Under the pieces are notes generated by a model that was given only the letters and a program-made list of their open reading frames with translations, was not told the origin of the DNA and made no database searches. Made by a program: the position numbers and the translations under genes. A DNA stretch of 58,753 nt, counting the filler, from Bipalium vagum (taxonomy: Eukaryota): assembly GCA_037834085.1 (NCBI GenBank). It is 3 parts of 3 records of this genome, joined end to end, with 100 filler letters (N's around TTAATTAATTAA, not from the genome) between each part and the next. Parts side by side here need not be neighbours in the genome. Positions count along the whole stretch, not along the records: positions 40,181 to 58,753 come from JBBMKC010025063.1; 2 more parts are not named here. One strand, 5' to 3'. Each line of letters opens with the position of its first letter. Positions within the stretch are counted from its first letter, which is position 1. This document shows, piece after piece, positions 49,745 through 58,753 of the stretch.

Positions 49745-51586
49745 TGAAATTATACTTTCTTTCCCTCCTCTTTAAAATAAAATTTATAATTTAATTTTAT
49801 AAGCTTAGAACTTGTAAAATGTATCTCTGAATATTTTATTTACTATTTAAAAAAGTGTTTGATTTTTTTAATATAACCTGGTCACTTAGAAAGAGAAATT
49901 TAATTAATATAATTTATTAAACTATTTACATAAAATTTTGAATTATGATAACATTCCTAAATGTGATAAAACTTTTTCTTAAAACAAACTGGAAAGAAGT
50001 AGTTTTTTGTAAATTTTTATTGAAAATTACTCATTCTTTTAATGCATTATTTTCTATTTATTAATTAAATAAATAATTCAAAAAATGTCATTATTTAAAA
50101 AGGTAAATACAGTTTTTAAATCAAACTTAAATTTTTATTAGAATGATAAATTGGCTAAAATTTTCAAAAAAATTATTTATTCATTTATGTTTTTGTGATT
50201 TAGACCATTTTTTTAAAAATTTCTAAATTAAAAAATATCAACCAGTTTTGTATAATGCATGATTAGCATGATGACCATAAAATATTAAATATACTTAATA
50301 TTAAAATACTGAATCATGTATGAAAAGACAAAACATAAAGGAAAAAGAGAAAACCTTGGATTTTTATTTAAAGTATCAGAATTAATCAAAGATTTCTTAG
50401 GTTTCACTTTTTTAATTCTGATTTGAACATATTTAGGTTATTCTATGAACTTTATTGTAAAAATTAATTAAATATGTTAATAAATGAATTTTCGTTATTA
50501 TCTTGTTCAGTTATATTTTTAAAATATTCTTTATTGATTTATAAATTTGCTTTTTCCTTCTTTTTCTGTTGAATAAATTTAAATTTTGTTAATGTTTGAT
50601 ATTAACCAAATGACTATGATCTGAGTCCTTTACTTTGAATACAATTAGGTTCAATAATAATCCACTGATAAATAAGTCGTACAAGACAATACAATATTTT
50701 ATTATCCAATGCATAACACTAATAACATTAAAAACGTCAATACGATTTCAACTGCCAAAAATCTGCAAAAGCTTCCCAAATCGTGTCCTACTTACCTCAT
50801 TAGATATAACGTCAAAAGATTTCTACCCACAAGTTACGCTCATCTTCACATGAGACCCTCAATTATAAAAGAATCCTTTTGGGATCAATTTAGTCGAAAT
50901 CAAGAATACAATATTGTTACGATATTAATTCACTATGAACCCTGTCGTAACCTTAGCTCGAAACGTTACTGACCCCTTCACTTGTTCCTATACGTGTACG
51001 CAATTGAATGAATCAAACAACTATAAACAACACTTTATTGTAAAAATAACAATACAACAAATATTTCAAATAATCAGTGAAATGTCTTTAGAGAAAAATC
51101 AAATTTATTACACTGAAAAATCAAATAGTAATAATCAATAATTAAATGTTAAGATCAAATGTATTAAAAAGAACATAAAAAAATGAATAAAAATTTATAT
51201 ATGCTCACCACTTGTGAAAACAGGTCCAAAGGGTGCTTAGCTGAGATCAATCCGGTCCGCTCAGAAACCCCTTAACCGCACATGACCAGTCGTGTGCTCC
51301 TGTCGCATAGAGGGCATTAATACTGATAATAATAATAACAACTCTTGATCCTTCTTCCGGTAATATCACTCTTCTGAAAATAATGATAGCACTTCCGACA
51401 CAAATGATAGCAACTATGTATTCTCTTCTGAAAATAACAAAAGCAGCTCTTGATCTCACGTCTGTGGCAATCCAATGCAGATTCCAACTCCTTATATACT
51501 ATTCTGATCAGACGATCAATCAATCGTAGACCAGCTTCATCATTGGGGAATGTCAATTCCCTTTTTAGACCGATTCTTCTAAATAG

Positions 51587-51723
51587 GTCCCTCCTTGCGG
51601 ACCTTGATCTAATCTTGGCAATTTAGGTTCGCCATTGTCAAGATCAGATCCCTTAAAAATAATAAGTAATTACTAAATCGGTCCCTCCTTGCGGACCCTG
51701 ATCTAATCTTGGCAATTTGGGTC
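51587..51723. repeat. ~44-bp direct repeat in a GC-richer island
   Basis: GGTCCCTCCTTGCGGACC(T/C)TGATCTAATCTTGGCAATTT(A/G)GGT at ~51587 and ~51680. Confidence 0.85.
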
Positions 51724-53739
51724 TTCATAATTAATTGATAATTATCAATTTAAACCCTATTGCGGTTTATACCCTATACTTTACAAGGGTTGTCAAGGAT
51801 GTGTCCTTGGCTAACCCAACATAACTAACACAATGATGTTTTCATAAAACAATGAAATTATATGGTCCCAAAGAAAACATAATAAATTTTTCAAATAAAT
51901 ATTCAAAAATTATTTATTATTATTTATTTTACTTAATATATTTAAACAAATCTATGACCTCCAACATTTCTATCAATTTTTAACCGTTGTATCAAATCAT
52001 AATATTTTATGTAAAATGACACTACTTATCTTATTTGGTACTGAATTAATTCTGTTTAATTTTTTAGTTAAACTTTCGCATGTTGTACATTGATATTTAA
52101 CTTTAGAACTTAATATTTTTATTACTTGATCCAAACATTTTTAAAGATTTTAAAAGTTTAAAACATGGTTCTAAGGATGTTTAGAAAAATGTTTGTTTAC
52201 TTTAATGAATTATATAAAAAAATTACATATAAAAGGGATAAATAAGATTAAAATAACTTTAAAAAACACTCACAATTTGATTGGACAAGCATATTTCACA
52301 GAACCCATGCGTAAACAGAAAACTCAAATGTTGACCTACAAAGAGAACTAATTTGATCTTTCGTTACACGTTAAATATTTGAGTGACAGCTGACATTGAG
52401 TTTCATTGTATTTAATTTTAGTTTTAATTTAAATATTACCAAAAATTTCTTCTGAACACTGACCAATGAAATTACGGTACGAGATTTTTTCTGGATTTGA
52501 GGAACATTATTAGAAAACTTTATAATTTATAATATTTTTCATTTGAAATGAAATAAAAAGAAAAGATGAAGAATACCTCATTTCCATTTGAAAGGCATTA
52601 TGGAAAACAAAAGCAATATGATTTCTTTTCCATTTAAAGTTGAGTGTCCTGTAAGAAAAGGAAATGAATAAAAGTTTTCACCTCAACAAATCTTTGTTTT
52701 GCACTTACCTCTTTAGTTTCTGACTGCTATTATTGCTTATGGTACCAGTAGTGGTACTTAATAAATAAATAGATCACAAGAAAGCATGCAACATATTATT
52801 ATTATTATTATTATTATTATTAAAATGAGAACAGTTCTTTAATTTCTTTAATTTCATTAGTCAACGGGCTTCTCAAATATATTCATAGAGAGGAATTGGT
52901 GGCGTTCTCACTTTGGAAAAGACAATGATTAGGAGAATCTTCGGGAAAGATGGAATATTATAAATTCTTCGTTAGTAATGTGGAAACGTTCCGGATTATC
53001 TTCAAAGAGAAATTTTAAAAACAGATCTACGAAAAGGTTTTCCTTGAAAATGAAAAAACTATTTTATGTCTAAAGTTGAAAGACTTTCACTTTTTCGATC
53101 CATAAAATGAAAGATTAGCAGGAAGAAACTTAGCTTATTTTATTTCTTCGGACTTGAGAGATTCTGTAAAACATCATACAATTTAGAACTAAATAAAGAA
53201 TCATTTTCTAGTGATATCATAATAAAATATTTTTATTAATGATTGTTTAAAGGATAAATGTTTTGAGACATTTCTACTAGTTAACTTTAGTAGAGATAAA
53301 GTCTTTTGCTCTGAACCGATTATATGATTTTATAATGACATAATATTTGTTTTAAATAATCAATTGGTTAAATAAATGAAAATTAAATTAAATCTTTAAA
53401 AATAATTTTACTAATAAAAATGAATCAAATTTATGAATAGCCAAAAAGAGTATGATATTCAATTTCAAAGATATTAAAGATATTAGAGTAATAGTGGGTT
53501 ATTGATTTGAAAAAACTATGTCTGCAATAGACACCATCAATGATATTAATAATACCTTGGGGGATATATATAATGGGTTAAATATTCTATTTTTAGGAAT
53601 TGGCTTCCTTAATTTCGGATGGGTAGGACTGTGTTTGATAATTGATAGCTCAAAAGATGTGATGACGGATAAAATTGTGACTGCATGAGACTGCATAATA
53701 ATGTAAAAGCTTTTTTGAGCTCACTTAGATAATCAGATG

Positions 53740-54900
53740 GAAATGTAAAAGAGATAAGCAAAGCACAACAACTGAGACAAAATTGACAAATTTTTCAAAA
53801 AATCATTTCACTTTCTGTAAAGAGATTTGCTGGAGATTTATATAAATAAATGAAAATAAAATAAATGAAATATAAATAAGCTGGTGAAAAAATTGGCAAG
53901 AAACAACAATATAAAAGACAAAGGTCTAATAAAGCTTTAATTAGTCAAGGAGCACAACCGGCAAAATTATACGGATTACCGAAGTTTCATAAAGAAAATC
54001 AGCCGTTAAGACCGGTACTTTCGATGATAAATTGTGCCTAATATAAAACGGCAAGAGTGTTGGATAAATTATGAAAACCATTGAAGAACACCCAATATGA
54101 AGTAAAAGATATATTTGAATTTTAGCGATTTATAAATAACTATGAAATGAAATCAGATAATGAATGTTTTATATCATTTGATGTGTGCAGCCTTTTTACT
54201 ATTGTGCCGATTTAAGAAACATTTGATCTTTGCGTTGATCTGTGGAATAAATGTGGAGATAAACAAATCATGGATGGTAAAGCACTACTAAAGTTACTGG
54301 AATTCAATACAAAGGATATATCTTTCATGTTTAATAATAAACCAATGATAGACCAACACTATCATCAAATTTTATTTTATTAAGGAAACAAACCGCTGGT
54401 CTATAAAAGATATGTCGATGATATATTTTTAATATTTGGCGAAGAAAATAACACCGATTCCTTTCTCACATTTATGAAAAATTTACAACCAAATAACAAA
54501 TTCACGATTGAAAAAGAAAAAGATCATAAATTACCATTCTTAGACGTGATTATTAGAAAAAAGAAAGAAATAAATAAATTGAAAACAAGTATATATCGAA
54601 AACAAATAGACTTTGGATTATAATTTTTAAAAATTAGTTTTTGTGAGGAGAAATATACAAATGGCAACACTAAAGTATTGATCCACAGAGTGTGGTCATT
54701 AACATCTGATTACAAACAGATAGATAAAGAGCTGGACATGATCAAAGAAAGATTACTTAGAAACGGGTATCCAGAAAGAAAAATAGAAAAGACAATTAAT
54801 GATACTGTTTTAAATTTAATTACGCGAAAAAATATTGAAAAAGATCACCAAAAACTAATGGAAAATAAAAAATAAAATTTAAAAAAACTCTTTAAAGTTC
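53740..54900 (+). mobile_element. Penelope-like retroelement reverse transcriptase remnant
   Basis: PAKLYGLPKFHKENQPLRPVLS, SFDVCSLFT, YKRYVDDIF, FTIEKE..LPFLDV, NGYP with many stops. Confidence 0.88.
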
Positions 54901-55854
54901 AATTTTCAAAAGGATTTAAATCTTTCAAAAACATACCCCTTGTTTATCTGTTCTAAATTATTTATTATGTATCTATGTAAGTCTTTAAATTTTAGTATTT
55001 TAATTTTTATCTACCTAACTATTTAAATAAATTAAATACGATAATCTCGGTTAAAATTATGTTAATAATTAAAAAATTTACGATAAAATCTATAATTTTT
55101 TGTAATTCGGATCGATTTCAAAACAGTTGTGTTCATTAAAGAATTATAATTACGATTATAATTATAATTATACTTCGTGTCTTAATGTGACTATTTTTAT
55201 CAATAATCGATATAATGGTATGGTTTGTGTTATCTTGTATTTTTTAATATACAGATAAATTCACAGGTCCATTCTGATGTTACCGATGTGATATATAAAT
55301 TACTGAACAAGGTTTACGGACTTTCCTTTTCAAATATTAGTTTAATTACTTTAAAAAGTGTGTATGAAAGTCAGTGTTCCCATGTTATTAGGTAACAATG
55401 GTTTTCGCGACTCCAGATAGCATGCCTGAAAAAAAGTAATAAATTTCAAGGTTTATATCAGAGACAATAGTTCCAATTATCATTTTTAATCGAAATATAG
55501 ACACAATAAGTCGGAATTATCAATAGAAGAAAATATTATGTTAATTTTGAACAACGGAGCTCTTGATTTTGATTATTTGAAGAAAAAGATTGAGAGCAAC
55601 CATTGGAATATCATGATTGATACGCTGAGCATAGTGGAAAATCCAGCGCCAACAAATAAGTTATTAAACCTGTTTGGAATGTGTGTAACGGCAAAAATGG
55701 AGAGAAAAGAAAGAATTGAGGAAAACATTTGTAAAAATATCACCAATATAAAAGTGGCAAAAAAGCAAAGGAAATAAAGAAGATGAAGGAAATACTGAAA
55801 AAGGGACTGGACATTAAATTTATTTATTTATATTTTATTTCAATGTTTGTTTAA

Positions 55855-55859
<5 letters not shown>

Positions 55860-55920
<61 letters not shown>
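55860..55920. repeat. (AAT)n microsatellite
   Basis: Perfect run; explains the poly-Ile ORF 55847-56047. Confidence 0.95.
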
Positions 55921-56149
55921 TTATTTGTCATTTGATATTTTGCTGTTGCATGAACATGTTCCCGTCTTCAAGTTTAAAGATTTTTATAATAAATTTATTT
56001 TAAATATATATTCTTTCAATTATATAAACGTAAAAAGAAAAGAGTGAACAAAAATAAACAAGAATGGTGATTTTCTGTCCTCATTCGATATAGTAAATTT
56101 TGCTGAGATTTTAAACGTATGACCTAAAAGGTGCAGATGAAGATGACAT

Positions 56150-56440
56150 TAAGCTTGTGACCCATATGATCGTCGTCATAGAAAACAGTTGTTATGATAT
56201 GATCTGTTCAAGAGGAAACCTTAAGACTCCAGATATCTTTTTTCAGAAAACATTTGGAACATTTTTTATTTAGTCTTTCATCATCAAACTGGGTTAATTA
56301 AAGATGTAGGCCTATGAATAAGCACAGAAAAGAGTAGCTTTTTGAGAGAAGATATCAGATTTCTTGGTCATAGTATTAACAAAAAGGAGTGAATACTGAC
56401 CCAATGAAATAAATGCTATCGCAACATACCAGTCAAAGTT
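56150..56440 (+). mobile_element. Gypsy reverse transcriptase fragment
   Basis: GL*ISTEKSSFLREDIRFLGHSINKKGVNTDP (with one frameshift) matches the GLxLNxxKCxF..FLGHxIxxxGIxTDP motif. Confidence 0.65.
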
Positions 56441-58753
56441 TATACAGTTTTGTCTATTTTCTTCTTATCAACTATTGTTGTTCCTTCTGGCTTTGTCAAT
56501 TTGATATTCTTCATTTGATGTGTAAAGCCCCGACTCTGATAATCTATTCATGGATACAGTCGTTAGAGTCAGTGACCCAAGACTGAAGAAGAGCTTATAA
56601 GAGCTCTATCCGTCAGTTTTATTTTCTAATAACTATACAGACACTCAAATTCATTTTTTCAGTCGATTTTAAGCAGTGTATTTCTCTTAGTAAATCTCAT
56701 TCTGAAGGTGACAAATTATCGAAAATAAATTTCCCTAAAAAACGAAAGGTAATCTTCAATATATTTGATTAAATGAAGATCGATTATAGAAAATAAAGAA
56801 ACAATAGAACTCATTCTGATAATGTAAAATCCTGTAGATATTTTAGGATTGATCCGCAGTTGCGGTCATTAGAATTTCTGAAGAAATAATTCATATTTTG
56901 TTTGATTTACAAGGTCAACCAGATAAAAATAGAAATCTGCTTTCAAATTCAATTTATTGCCCGTTATTCCACTGAAAATCAAAAGCTGGACCATCGATTT
57001 CTAGAGAATCACAATCTGCTGATATACGAATGCTCCGGGTAGCAGTGGATTGTTTAATTACTTTGTAAATATTTATTTTAACCTTATTTTTTATAACTTA
57101 CCATCATGAGAGAATGAGGTTTATAATCAAATCTTCAATCTTGTCGAAAAAGTCAGTTTAGTCAATAATCGATATAATGGGATGGTTTACGCATTTTTAA
57201 ATATGATTGATAATAATTTTATACTTTCAGTTCTTTGGTCATGTAACCAGTTTTCGTTATGGAACTCTGAATTCAGTTAAGCCTAAGTGTCGAAGTGCAT
57301 CAATTTCGTCTTATAAAATTTTTCATAAAAACATGAAGGACAAAAATTTTCCTATTATTATAGTGAAGGTTAATTACCGGAATTCTAAGTTATACACTTT
57401 TATCACTTGTGGAATATGAGTGAATGCTGTGCAATTTTGAACGGATCCAACTTCAAAAACAAAATAAAACTTCGTCTTACGCTGTGATTGAAGAAAATTT
57501 AGATTTTGAAATTCTGAAAAGTAAAATAGGACGTAACCTCTAGAAAATTTGAATACTTTACGAATCAAATATTATAATGAAATATAATTAAATTAAATTA
57601 CCTTTAAAACTATTTTCCGTGTAATAAAAGACATCCGAGTCAGGAGTTTTATATCCTGTGAAATGTTTCTTCGTTACCCTTTAACAACTTAAGGAAGGAA
57701 CTCCCTTATTTTATTATGAAAAACATATCCTCTGTACCAACGCTTACTTTTTATCAAGTTCAAAGAAGGAGTACGTCTACTTTGTCTTTCGTTTTCAAAG
57801 AAAATATCATTTTCACAAACAATAATTGTCCGATAGGTCGATGCATATATGAAGTTGTCTGGAAAGCACTTTCGGCTTTTTCTGTGAAATAAAAAGGCAA
57901 AATTTTAACACTCCAAAACACTATATTCTATAAAATATTTTTCATTATTATTGACAATTTTTGCCATCTTTTAGGCAATAACATGATTCTTTTTTCATGA
58001 AGCCTCTGAGATTGTTGATCAAAAAACAATTTGACATCTTCGTCTGAGATTACATCGTTTCAAGCCAAAGCTTATTTTAAAACAACGAAATAAATAATAG
58101 AGAGTCTAAAGATATCATCTCACGACTTTATGGTAGATATGATAGCAAATGCTATCCAAGTTCTACTATTTTTTTTTACTCTTCAAAGAACTGTGAGGTT
58201 TTTGTGTTATCGTGGTGGATCACACCTGCCTTGCACCATGATCTTTCGCGCCAAAAAAGATTTTTTTTCAGACATATACACTTCGATGTTTAAACTGTGG
58301 TGATGATGTCTAATTCTACATCTTTTAAAATCTCTGCTTAATTCGTTACTACCCTTATTTCAGCCAACCATTAATAAAATCACAAATTACCCAGAATATT
58401 TGTATTTGGTCGTTTGTATTGTAATCCTGGATTGTAAACATAAATTTTAATTTGTGCACCAAACCGTTCTGAATGTAATGTTTTCTGATATCCTCCTAAC
58501 AGTAAATATTCTTCTCACTAGTCTCTTATAAATATAAAAAAATTGTATGTACAAGTTGGTTTTTAATAATTTTATTTATTGTAATAAAGTTAATAATTTT
58601 ATTATCAATGAAATATTTAATATTATTTTTTTATTTTGATTAAAACTTTTAAAATTTAATTTAAATATTTTTAAACTTATTTTTCGAATATACGCCTTTT
58701 ATTAAATGAATACAAAATTTATTCAAATATATATTTTCATGAAACATGTTTCG

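Noticed and set aside
51587-51723. CRISPR-like repeat-spacer-repeat
   Set aside because: Only two units, eukaryotic context, no cas genes.
55847-56047. Poly-isoleucine ORF
   Set aside because: Translation of an (AAT)n microsatellite.
57560-58330. Possible integrase (Ginger-like) remnant on the - strand
   Set aside because: Only faint residue patterns; catalytic motifs not recoverable.

Overview
Very AT-rich eukaryotic (invertebrate animal-like) nuclear scaffold with two 100-bp assembly gaps (19807-19906, 40081-40180) and mostly very short (41-55 nt) GT-AG introns. Host genes reconstructed by hand: two intact six-exon TFIIB genes in tandem on the + strand (a conventional-looking copy at 21651-27042 and a copy at 37260-38804 with a conserved Zn-ribbon/B-reader but strongly diverged cyclin-fold core), the 3' exons of a FAM227-like gene (41605-42422), an orphan calbindin-like terminal exon (49592-49744) and a probable decayed ionotropic-receptor-like pseudogene on the - strand. 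The rest is largely decayed mobile DNA: many mariner/Tc1/pogo copies (several with TIRs, one nested), Merlin, hAT, Gypsy, Penelope and a Polinton/adintovirus-type DNA polymerase B remnant. The best leads are (1) the asymmetrically diverged TFIIB paralog and (2) a ~210-bp miniature LTR retroelement whose LTRs are tRNA-Ala-like and which carries an 18-nt tRNA-Arg-type primer-binding site (48938-49146, related copy at 20879-20980). All family assignments come from motif recognition, not database searches.
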